A DNA stretch of 64,000 nucleotides, taken from assembly GCA_965222605.1 (NCBI GenBank), contig OZ244960.1, positions 5,805,280 through 5,869,279 of the forward strand, in the 5' to 3' direction. Numbering within the stretch: position 1 is the first letter of the stretch; the number at the start of each line of letters is the position of its first letter. The DNA comes from Candidatus Latescibacterota bacterium (GTDB lineage: Bacteria > Latescibacterota > UBA2968). Below the pieces are notes generated by a model. It had not been told where the DNA came from. It saw only the letters and a program-made list of their open reading frames with translations, and did no database searches. Of this stretch, positions 54,446 through 62,402 are shown one piece after another. Position numbers and translations under genes: made by a program.

Positions 54446-55285
54446 ATGTTAGCCATGATGAAATTGGGATGTATGTCTCTGAGTTACAAAGATCAGTTCA
54501 GTGCTGGCGAAATCGATATGGCGGGGTTTATCGACAAGGCGTATGATCTGCGCCTGGATGGGATTGATATTCACACGCGCGCGTTTGAATCTGAAGACCC
54601 AGCTTATTTGCGAGATATTCGCATGCGCTGTCTCAGGCGCGGTCTGGCGATTTCGTATCTCGGTGTGAGCAATGATTTTGGCAGGCCCCAGGAAGAATTG
54701 CAGGAGGTGATAGATAGTGTCAAGCACTGGGTCGATGTTGCGGAGTTTATGGGTGTGCCACTCGTGCGGATTTTTGCGGCGTGGAATCGCAATGAAGAGC
54801 CTGAAGAACAGGTGTGGGATCGCATGATTCCCTGTATGCAGGAGGTCGCGGCATACGGGCAACAAAAGGGCATTGTTCTGGGCTTACACAATCACAATCA
54901 CGGGTGTGTTACGCGCACGGGTAAAGACGTGCGTCGAATTCTCGAGATGGTCGATAATCCCTATTTGTCCCATATTCTCGACACAGGGCAATATGTCGGA
55001 TCGCCGGGGTCGAGTGGTCAGCGCGGGACAGAAGATCCGGCATTGAATTTCTATGGGAGTATTGCAGAAACAGCCCCTCTTGCCGTGCATGTTCGCGCAA
55101 AGGTCTATCGCATCAGTACAGGAGAAGAGGTCTGGCTGAATTATCCGCGCATTTTTGAGATTTTGAATGGGGTGAATTACAATGGGTGGGTATCGATCGT
55201 GTATGAAGGACAGGATGAAGAGGCTGAAGAGACGGCGGTTCCCAAAGCCGTGAATTATCTGCGGCAATTTGTGCCGGGTGGGTGA
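54446..55285 (+). CDS. Sugar-phosphate isomerase/epimerase (xylose-isomerase-like TIM barrel)
   Basis: 279 aa; pattern GLDGIDIH...LHNHNH...DTGQ typical of the AP_endonuc_2 fold. Confidence 0.8.
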   Translation: MLAMMKLGCMSLSYKDQFSAGEIDMAGFIDKAYDLRLDGIDIHTRAFESEDPAYLRDIRMRCLRRGLAISYLGVSNDFGRPQEELQEVIDSVKHWVDVAEFMGVPLVRIFAAWNRNEEPEEQVWDRMIPCMQEVAAYGQQKGIVLGLHNHNHGCVTRTGKDVRRILEMVDNPYLSHILDTGQYVGSPGSSGQRGTEDPALNFYGSIAETAPLAVHVRAKVYRISTGEEVWLNYPRIFEILNGVNYNGWVSIVYEGQDEEAEETAVPKAVNYLRQFVPGG

Positions 55286-55380
55286 GGGGATGGCAGTGAG
55301 GTGCAGTCGGACTTTGAGGCCAAAGTGGAAGCGATAACGCGCTGATGGCCTGGCGTGCCGAAGTTTGCAAAAGGGGAGTG

Positions 55381-57150
55381 ATGATCATGCCCTGGGATAG
55401 CGATAGATTGTTGCAGCAAATCGAACTTGGCGAGGACAGCCGCGTCGAGTTCAAGGAAGTTGTGTTTGCTGGTGGTCGCGTGCGGGCACCGCGTCGGGAA
55501 ACCATCGCCGATGAATTGGCTGCTTTTGGCAACACCATCGGTGGCACATTGATCTTCAGTGTGTCAGACGCTGGTGAGGTGTGGTCGATGAACCGAAAAC
55601 AAATGGATGCGTTGGAAGCCTTCGTCAGCGAGAATTGTTCGGACAGCATCCGTCCTCCGTTGGCGTTCGTCACCCAACGGCTGGCCTTGCCAGACGGTTC
55701 GTTCGCGTTGGTCGTCGAAGTCGAACAGAGTGCGTTGGTACACAAGAGCTCCGGGGGATATCTTTCCCGGCAGGGTAGCACCAGGCGAGAGTTGTCGTCG
55801 GAAGCATTGCACCGCCTGTTTCAACAGCGGGGGCGTTCTGGCCTTCTTGGCCCTGACGAAGCGATTGTCGCTGGGACAGGGGCCAATACGCTCGATGCGA
55901 CGCTTGTGGACCGTTTCTTAAGTTCGCGTGCCACTGAGTCCACCGCGGCACAACTCGCAAAGCTGGGACTGGTGCGGGAGGATGACAACGGTGTGACCCG
56001 CGCAACAGTCGCCGGGGTGCTGCTTTGCACGATACGCCCGGATGAACACATACGCGGTGCGGTGATCGAAGCCGTTCGCTATCGCGGCACGGTACTCGGT
56101 CGTGCGAGCCAGCACGACGCGGCGTCAATTACTGGTCCATTGGATCGGCAGATCCGCGACGCCGTCAATTTCGCCAGGCTCAACACGCGGGTGGCGGCGC
56201 GCAAGGACCCCGGACGGGTGGAGGTCCCGCAATTCAGTCCGCGGGCGGTGTTCGAGGCCATCGTCAACGCCGTGGTCCACCGCGACTACTCAATGGAGAA
56301 TACGAAGATACGGCTCTTTATCTTCGACGATAGACTTGAGTTATGCTCTCCGGGTGCCCTGCCCAATACGCTGCCTATCGAAGCCATGCGAAATCGACAA
56401 GCCACCCGCAACGAAACGCTCGCGTCCGTCTTCCGTATGCTTGCAGTAGGGGATATCGTCGGTGCTGGCGACCAGCAGTACTTTTTGGAGCTACGCGGCG
56501 AAGGCGTTCCGATCATCTATGAGCAGACGCGGGATCTGACAGGGCACGACCCGAACTACGAACTGATCGGTGGCGCAGAACTGCGACTGACGATACCGTC
56601 CGCTCGTCCACCGGTAACGGGCATTGAAGGTGAAGTATCCGTATCTGCCGCGGGTCGGCCACTCGCGGGTGCAAAGGTCGTTGTGCTGTATCCCAACAAG
56701 ACCTGGATGGAGGGGGAGACCGATACGTTTGGCCGGGTCGGTTTCGAGTTTCACTCGGAACTCCCCATCACCGTTTTTTGTGCGGCATCGGGGCACACAG
56801 CCCATGTGGAGCGGAATTGGTACCCGCCAGAACTGCTCTCTGTACAGCTTGAGACGCTGCCAATGGGAGGATCAGAGATTTTCACGGAAGGAACAGGTCA
56901 TTTGCCCGATTTGACCGGGCGACTAAATCCGATCCTCGACGATCTAGACCGCATGTATCTTTACGCGATTAACGTCGCTATTGATGAAGGCAAGCAGCAA
57001 CCCGTTTATTTCAAACTGAATCAGCCCTTGCGGCTTACCGATGCCAACGGTTTTGAATGGGTCGTGCGGTTTGTTGAGATGATCGGAAGGTCGGCACTGC
57101 TGGAATACGAGTCCCCGGGCCAAAGACGGAGGACCAATGAACAGAGATGA
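55381..57150 (+). CDS. AlbA_2 (Schlafen-like) plus HATPase_c_4 DNA-binding protein with ~230-aa unassigned C-terminal extension
   Basis: Start MIMPWDSD after GGGGAG; LGEDSRVEFKEV...ELAAFGNTIGGTLIFSV (AlbA_2); AVFEAIVNAVVHRDYS (HATPase_c_4-like); C-terminus includes a beta-sandwich-like GEVSVSAAGRPLAGAKVVVLY. Confidence 0.75.
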   Translation: MIMPWDSDRLLQQIELGEDSRVEFKEVVFAGGRVRAPRRETIADELAAFGNTIGGTLIFSVSDAGEVWSMNRKQMDALEAFVSENCSDSIRPPLAFVTQRLALPDGSFALVVEVEQSALVHKSSGGYLSRQGSTRRELSSEALHRLFQQRGRSGLLGPDEAIVAGTGANTLDATLVDRFLSSRATESTAAQLAKLGLVREDDNGVTRATVAGVLLCTIRPDEHIRGAVIEAVRYRGTVLGRASQHDAASITGPLDRQIRDAVNFARLNTRVAARKDPGRVEVPQFSPRAVFEAIVNAVVHRDYSMENTKIRLFIFDDRLELCSPGALPNTLPIEAMRNRQATRNETLASVFRMLAVGDIVGAGDQQYFLELRGEGVPIIYEQTRDLTGHDPNYELIGGAELRLTIPSARPPVTGIEGEVSVSAAGRPLAGAKVVVLYPNKTWMEGETDTFGRVGFEFHSELPITVFCAASGHTAHVERNWYPPELLSVQLETLPMGGSEIFTEGTGHLPDLTGRLNPILDDLDRMYLYAINVAIDEGKQQPVYFKLNQPLRLTDANGFEWVVRFVEMIGRSALLEYESPGQRRRTNEQR

Positions 57151-57191
57151 GGTTCTGTATGTCATGAGTATTTTTTACGAGGTACATCGTT

Positions 57192-60100
57192 TTGAATAAT
57201 GCATTTTTCGAAAAGCCTGTCCTCAACTCGCCTTATGAGCGGCCTAACCTACATTGGGAACTGGATGGGGCAAGACAGCCAACCCAGAAAATCATCGAAA
57301 GCCGAAGGCAGGTCTCATTCATCACGGCGGTCCCGACATCGAAGAAGCAAAGGGGATCATCCTTGAATCAAGCCTCTCTTGTGTTCGACAAGGCCGCGAG
57401 GGAGCTTGAGACCGATAATCAGCAATACGAGTTGATGCAGACTATCAATGGTGTTCGCCGACAGATTGACCGGTGGCGCGAGCTACCGAACCCGAACCAA
57501 TGGCGTGTGACCGCGGAGACTGCCCGCTTGCTTCGGCACTGGCGGCACCACCAATTCAGTGGTATTCGCCCCTTTTTCTGCCAGGTGGAAGCAGTAGAAA
57601 CCGCAATATGGCTCACTGAGGTTGCGCCGAACATAGGGCAGGTGGGTAGGGGATTCCTCGACCATCTGGAAAACGCTAATAACGACGCCAATCCAGATTT
57701 GTCGCGATTGGCACTCAAGTTGGCGACAGGCGCAGGGAAGACCACTGTGATGGCGATGTTGATCGCCTGGCAGACCATCAATGCGGTCCGCCGACCCCAG
57801 AGCCGCAGGTTCACGCGCGGCTTTCTGGTGGTTACGCCCGGTATTACCATTAAGGATCGCTTGCGCGTGTTGCAGCCGAATGATCCGGATAGCTATTATC
57901 AGAGCCGCGAGTTGGTGCCGAGTGACATGCTTCCCGATCTGGAAAAGGCAAAAATTGTTATCACCAACTACCACGCCTTCAAGTTGCGCGAACGCATGGA
58001 ATTATCCAGAGGCGGGCGTTCCTTGCTTCAAGGACGGGGCGATGCACTAACGACCCTGGAGACCGAGGGACAGATGCTGCAACGGGTGATGCCCGAACTC
58101 ATGGGCATGAAGAATGTCATGGTTCTCAACGATGAGGCGCACCACTGCTATCGGGAGAAGCCGGGTGAGCAGGAAGAAGGCAGGCTTACGGGAGACGATA
58201 GGCAGGAAGCTAAAAAGAATGCGGAAGCTGCGCGGCTATGGATTTCCGGGCTTGAAACGGTGGGTAAAAAGCTCGGTATTAACCGGGTGATGGATCTTTC
58301 TGCGACGCCTTTCTTTTTGCGCGGGTCGGGTTATCGCGAAGGAACATTGTTTCCCTGGACGATGTGCGACTTCTCGCTGATGGACGCCATCGAATGCGGC
58401 ATTGTCAAACTGCCCCGGGTACCGGTGGCGGACAATATCCCCGGTGGCGATATGCCGAAGTTCCGCAATCTCTGGGAACACATCCGCACCCGCATGCCGA
58501 AGAGGGGACGGGGTAAGTCCAAACATCTCGATCCTTTGAGTTTGCCCGTAGAGCTACAAACTGCACTGGAGGCTTTGTACGGGCATTACGAAAAGACCTT
58601 CGCGCTTATGGATGAGGCTGGTATTAGTGTTCCGCCGTGCTTTATAGTGGTCTGTAATAATACCTCGACTTCCAAGCTGGTTTACGATTATATTTCTGGC
58701 TTCCACCGCGAAAACGATGATGGCTCAACGACGTTTGAAAACGGGCGTCTTGGGTTGTTCCGCAACTTTGACGAATATGGCAACCCGTATCCACTGCCTC
58801 GCACCTTGTTGATCGATAGCCATCAACTGGAGTCTGGTGATGCACTGGATAGTAACTTCCGCAAGATAGCCGCTGAGGAGATCGATCGTTTCCGACGGGA
58901 TCGCATCACGCGCACGGGCGACCGCGAGCAGGCTGAGAAGATCACCGACCAGGAGCTTCTCCGCGAGGTTATGAATACCGTTGGCAAACCCGATCAACTG
59001 GGGGCTTCGATTCGCTGTGTTGTGTCGGTATCAATGCTCACTGAAGGATGGGACGCGAATACGGTCAGCCATGTACTCGGCGTTCGCGCGTTTGGAACGC
59101 AGTTGCTATGCGAACAAGTCGTTGGTCGCGCGTTGCGGCGGCAATCTTATGATCTCAACGATGATGGTCTGTTCGATGTCGAGTACGCAGATGTATTGGG
59201 GATCCCCTTTGATTTTACGGCGAAGCCTGTTTCAGTGTCACCTCGGCCGCCGCGGGAAACTGTGCAGGTGAGGGCCGTGCGCCCCGAAAGGGATGAACTC
59301 GAGATTTATTTTCCGCGGGTAGCTGGGTACCGGGTGGAATTGCCCGAAGAGAGGCTCACTGCGGAGTTCAACGAGGATTCAGTGCTGGAACTCACGCCGG
59401 ATATGATTGGGCCGTCGCATACGACGAATCAGGGGATTATTGGCGAGGGTGTCGATCTCAATCTGGTTCACACAGGCGATCTTCGTCCTTCGACCCTTCT
59501 CTTTCACCTCACCCGTCGGTTGCTTTATACGAAGTGGCGCGATCCGGATGAGGATCCGAAGATGCATCTCTTTGGACAACTCAAGAGCATCACCAAACAA
59601 TGGCTTGATGGTTGTCTTGTTTGTAAAGGTGGCACGTATCCCGCGCAACTTATGTATCAGGCACTGGCTGACATAGCCTGCGAGCGCATCACGGCTGCCA
59701 TCACGCGAGCAAAAATCGATAGTCGTCCTGTCAAAGCGGTGCTCGATCCGTATAACCCTATCGGTTCCACCGCGCATGTCAACTTCAACACGTCTAAGAC
59801 CAGTCGCTGGGAGACCGACGCCCGCCGTTGCCATATCAATTGGGTTGTCCTCGATAGCGATTGGGAAGCAGAGTTTTGCCGCGTGGTCGAAGCTCATCCT
59901 CGTGTCAGAGCGTATGTGAAGAACCACAATCTGGGGTTGGAAGTACCTTACCGCTACGGCTCTGAAACGCGGACGTATATCCCGGACTTTATTGTTCTGA
60001 TTGATGATGGCCGTGGCGACGACGATCTCTTGCATCTCATCGTTGAGATCAAAGGCTATCGCAGAGAGGATGCCAAAGAGAAGAAGACGACTATGGACAC

Positions 60101-60260
60101 CTATTGGGTACCCGGTGTGAATAATCATGGTCGCTATGGTCGTTGGGCCTTTGCCGAGTTCACAGACGTCTATGAGATAGAGTCGGAATTTGAGGCCAAA
60201 ATGGAGGCGGTATTTGATGAGATGATTGAACAAAACGCCGCGCATTGCGTTTCTATGTGA
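57192..60260 (+). CDS. res: Type III restriction enzyme Res subunit (SF2 helicase plus C-terminal PD-(D/E)xK nuclease)
   Basis: 1022 aa, TTG start; Walker A LATGAGKTTVMAM, DEAH box LNDEAHHC, motif VI region, C-terminal YIPDF...VEIKGY. Confidence 0.88.
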   Translation: MNNAFFEKPVLNSPYERPNLHWELDGARQPTQKIIESRRQVSFITAVPTSKKQRGSSLNQASLVFDKAARELETDNQQYELMQTINGVRRQIDRWRELPNPNQWRVTAETARLLRHWRHHQFSGIRPFFCQVEAVETAIWLTEVAPNIGQVGRGFLDHLENANNDANPDLSRLALKLATGAGKTTVMAMLIAWQTINAVRRPQSRRFTRGFLVVTPGITIKDRLRVLQPNDPDSYYQSRELVPSDMLPDLEKAKIVITNYHAFKLRERMELSRGGRSLLQGRGDALTTLETEGQMLQRVMPELMGMKNVMVLNDEAHHCYREKPGEQEEGRLTGDDRQEAKKNAEAARLWISGLETVGKKLGINRVMDLSATPFFLRGSGYREGTLFPWTMCDFSLMDAIECGIVKLPRVPVADNIPGGDMPKFRNLWEHIRTRMPKRGRGKSKHLDPLSLPVELQTALEALYGHYEKTFALMDEAGISVPPCFIVVCNNTSTSKLVYDYISGFHRENDDGSTTFENGRLGLFRNFDEYGNPYPLPRTLLIDSHQLESGDALDSNFRKIAAEEIDRFRRDRITRTGDREQAEKITDQELLREVMNTVGKPDQLGASIRCVVSVSMLTEGWDANTVSHVLGVRAFGTQLLCEQVVGRALRRQSYDLNDDGLFDVEYADVLGIPFDFTAKPVSVSPRPPRETVQVRAVRPERDELEIYFPRVAGYRVELPEERLTAEFNEDSVLELTPDMIGPSHTTNQGIIGEGVDLNLVHTGDLRPSTLLFHLTRRLLYTKWRDPDEDPKMHLFGQLKSITKQWLDGCLVCKGGTYPAQLMYQALADIACERITAAITRAKIDSRPVKAVLDPYNPIGSTAHVNFNTSKTSRWETDARRCHINWVVLDSDWEAEFCRVVEAHPRVRAYVKNHNLGLEVPYRYGSETRTYIPDFIVLIDDGRGDDDLLHLIVEIKGYRREDAKEKKTTMDTYWVPGVNNHGRYGRWAFAEFTDVYEIESEFEAKMEAVFDEMIEQNAAHCVSM

Positions 60261-60274
60261 CCGATTGAGGAATC

Positions 60275-60437
60275 CATGAGAGAGAAAGTTTATATTGAAA
60301 CGACAGTGATTAGCTATCTGACTGCTTGGCGAAGTCCACAACTCTTGATGGCAGCACATCAAGAAGCAACGCGAATTTGGTGGGACGAACAGAAAAATAG
60401 ATTCGACCGTTCTTTGTACCCCTCTCGAATTGATTGA
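60275..60437 (+). pseudogene. PIN-domain (VapC-like) gene remnant, frameshifted and truncated
   Basis: MREKVYIETTVISYLTAWRSPQLLMAAHQ, then an extra A in CATCAAAGAAG shifts frame (stop 60398-60400); the +1 frame continues EATRIWWDEQKNRF... to a stop at 60435-60437; a full PIN protein would be about 3x longer. Confidence 0.45.
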
Positions 60438-60448
60438 GGAATAAGCTC

Positions 60449-60625
60449 ATGCGACCAGACCCAATCGTAGAAGAAGTTCGTAAAATACGCGATGCGTATG
60501 CTAAGCATTTCAATTATGACCTGGATGCGATTTGCCGAGATTTACAAGAGAAACAGAGGCTGGGCAAAAGAAGAGTGGTTTCTTTGCCGCCCAAACGCCC
60601 GAGAAAAATGAACGGCAACGGTTAG
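60449..60625 (+). CDS. Small partner protein of the PIN remnant (antitoxin-like)
   Basis: MRPDPIVEEVRKIRDAYAKHFNYDLDAICRDLQEKQ...; basic C-terminus; assignment by context and recollection of similar pairs only. Confidence 0.4.
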   Translation: MRPDPIVEEVRKIRDAYAKHFNYDLDAICRDLQEKQRLGKRRVVSLPPKRPRKMNGNG

Positions 60626-60676
60626 AAGCTGTTTTTAAACTCATTCTGTTCCCATCCCTGCCTATGACCAGGATAC

Positions 60677-60973
60677 GTGATGATGAATAGAGATGAAGTT
60701 CTGAATGTGCTCCGAGCGCACAAGCCGATTCTTTCGCAACGCTTTGGCGTCACAGAACTCGCCTTGTTTGGGTCCTTTGCCCGCGACCAGGCGACGGACA
60801 CCAGCGATGTTGATATTTTAGTGCGGTTCGGCACACCGCTCAATTGGCAACGCTACTTTGGAACGCAAGGCTACCTGGAAGACCTGCTTGGTCGGCCAGT
60901 AGATTTGGCAACTGACCAGGATCTGCGCGTCGAGATACGGCCCTACGTAGAACGGGAGGTGATCGATGTCTAA
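60677..60973 (+). CDS. MNT-type nucleotidyltransferase (antitoxin of HEPN-MNT modules)
   Basis: 98 aa; GSFARDQATDTSDVDILV signature. Confidence 0.8.
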   Translation: MMMNRDEVLNVLRAHKPILSQRFGVTELALFGSFARDQATDTSDVDILVRFGTPLNWQRYFGTQGYLEDLLGRPVDLATDQDLRVEIRPYVEREVIDV

Positions 60974-61019
60974 TGCCGAGCAGGGACCACGAGAGTGGCG
61001 CTTGTATGTGGGGCTATAA
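60966..61019 (+). pseudogene. 17-codon stub of the cognate HEPN (DUF86) toxin gene
   Basis: ATG overlaps the MNT stop as in intact HEPN-MNT pairs; MSNAEQGPREWRLYVGL then stop; sequence composition changes immediately after. Confidence 0.35.
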
Positions 61020-61042
61020 GCTAAATGGACATGGGTTGACAA

Positions 61043-61531
61043 ATGGAGACTTATACTCTATTCTATAATACTTTGTCAATATCAGAAAGGATAAGCCAGA
61101 TACCAGAAGGATCTTTAGCGAATTTAATGGCAAATATCAAAGTCAAGTGGCTCATATATACTGTGCTCGTGGGTGTCATACCTGCTCTCTTGCGAATATT
61201 GATATGGCTTATCTCACAGGACAGAACGATGGATATCTTCAACGCCTCAGACTTCGTGGCGTTTGGATTGATCTTACATATATCCAATATCAATGAAATA
61301 GAGCATTTCAATGATCACGAAAAATCTTGGAAAACAATTCAAAACGGGATCTCAATTGGTTTTATATCACTCTATAGTGTCTTATTCACGGCTTACTTAT
61401 TGGGACAATCTAACCCTGGATTGATCAGGGGTGAGACCATAAAATATATTTCTATGGTCTCCAGTCTTGTGTCGTTTCTCTTGAGTTTCTCCGTATATAA
61501 TAGAGTATCGAAACTGGTTGAGGAGGAATAA
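61043..61531 (+). CDS. AT-rich 4-TM membrane protein of unknown function
   Basis: 162 aa (alternative start Met29 at 61127); four hydrophobic segments; visibly more AT-rich than flanks; possible TTGACA-N17-TATTCT promoter at 61036-61064. Confidence 0.55.
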   Translation: METYTLFYNTLSISERISQIPEGSLANLMANIKVKWLIYTVLVGVIPALLRILIWLISQDRTMDIFNASDFVAFGLILHISNINEIEHFNDHEKSWKTIQNGISIGFISLYSVLFTAYLLGQSNPGLIRGETIKYISMVSSLVSFLLSFSVYNRVSKLVEEE

Positions 61532-61532
61532 A

Positions 61533-61649
61533 ATGTTTGAAACTATCCTTATCATAGTCTCAATTTTGGTTGCAATAATGGGTGTTGGTGTGGCGACCTG
61601 GTCTATTATGGACACGAGAAAACGGTTGAACGATAAATCTGAGGGATAG
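61533..61649 (+). CDS. 38-aa single-TM peptide
   Basis: Not in ORF track (<60 aa). GAGGAGG 7 nt upstream; MFETILIIVSILVAIMGVGVATWSIMDTRKRLNDKSEG. Confidence 0.45.
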   Translation: MFETILIIVSILVAIMGVGVATWSIMDTRKRLNDKSEG

Positions 61650-61783
61650 ACCACAGGTGCTGAAAAGCCCAATTTTTGATTCATAACCGCCCCTTGGCAG
61701 TACGTCTTGCTCCTCTCGCACAGCGAGGGTAATCATGAGTGAGACCGATCCCCTGGGGCTTTTTTTTCGGAGGCTTGAGTTAA

Positions 61784-61966
61784 ATGGCTCGAAGGACGCG
61801 CGCTAGATCCCCAAAGACTGTCGATACTATCCGACACTCGGACGCATCGCGAAAGAACATCCCCATAGCCGAGTATCAGGCTGTAATGGCGGACCATGAG
61901 CGAAGTCCCATTCAGGTCGCGTATGAGCGGCGTAATCAGAGAGAGACCAATGAAGACGACCATTGA
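61784..61966 (+). pseudogene. Diverged duplicate of the first ~50 codons of mod
   Basis: MARRTRARSPKTVDTIRHSDASRKNIPIAEYQAVMADHERSPIQVAYERRN aligns with the mod N-terminus MPRSKRIPKTVEALRHKDASRKNIPTVEYQAVMADDERSPIQVAYKRRN; includes a similar GGAGG RBS. Confidence 0.75.
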
Positions 61967-62195
61967 CATCCACGACGAGTTGCTGACCCGAGCGATACGG
62001 TACGCGAAAAACACCGGGCGCCCATTACATGCCGTAGTAGAAGAGGGCCTGCGCCAAGTGCTTCCCGCGTCGCCCGGTAGCCGCTACCGCCTACCCGACC
62101 TGAGCGAAGGGAAGGCTGGTGCGGACGACCCGCTGGCAGAGTACTCATGGCAGGAGTTGTGCAGAATAATCTACGAAGAACCGGAGGAGCAATGA
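61950..62195 (+). CDS. vapB: VapB-type antitoxin (DUF2191-like)
   Basis: Start MKTTIDIHDELLTRAIRYAK (typical M.TTIDIDDELL N-terminus). Confidence 0.7.
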   Translation: MKTTIDIHDELLTRAIRYAKNTGRPLHAVVEEGLRQVLPASPGSRYRLPDLSEGKAGADDPLAEYSWQELCRIIYEEPEEQ

Positions 62196-62380
62196 TCGCC
62201 ATATTGAAGGACTTTATATGTCGTCCAGGGGTGAGTGGGGGCGTTATACATGATGCCCGAGTTGCTGCCATTTGCGTCGCCCACGGTATTGATGCACTGC
62301 TCACCCGAGATCGCGATTTCTCATTGTTTCCGGAGTTGAAAACACGCAATCCGTTCGAGCCGCCAGCAGGCAGTGGTTAG
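62192..62380 (+). pseudogene. vapC: Truncated VapC (PIN) toxin, only the C-terminal ~45 residues conserved
   Basis: ATGA overlap with vapB; MIAIL then directly ...VIHDARVAAICVAHGIDALLTRDRDFSLFPELKTRNPF; 62 aa instead of ~130, N-terminal acidic residues missing. Confidence 0.6.
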
Positions 62381-62402
62381 AATATTCTGGAGGATATGAA
62401 CG

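Noticed and set aside
60262-60442. 11-bp direct repeat GATTGAGGAAT flanking the PIN stub, a possible insertion scar.
   Set aside because: Both copies are simply the GAGGA ribosome-binding regions of successive ORFs. A few 11-mers repeated within 200 bp are expected by chance in 64 kb, so the evidence is insufficient.
61741-61768. Terminator before the mod-fragment (CCCCTGGGGCTTTTTTTT).
   Set aside because: The stem is only a 4-bp self-complementary CCCC/GGGG with a 1-nt loop, which is sterically implausible. The T-run alone is not sufficient.
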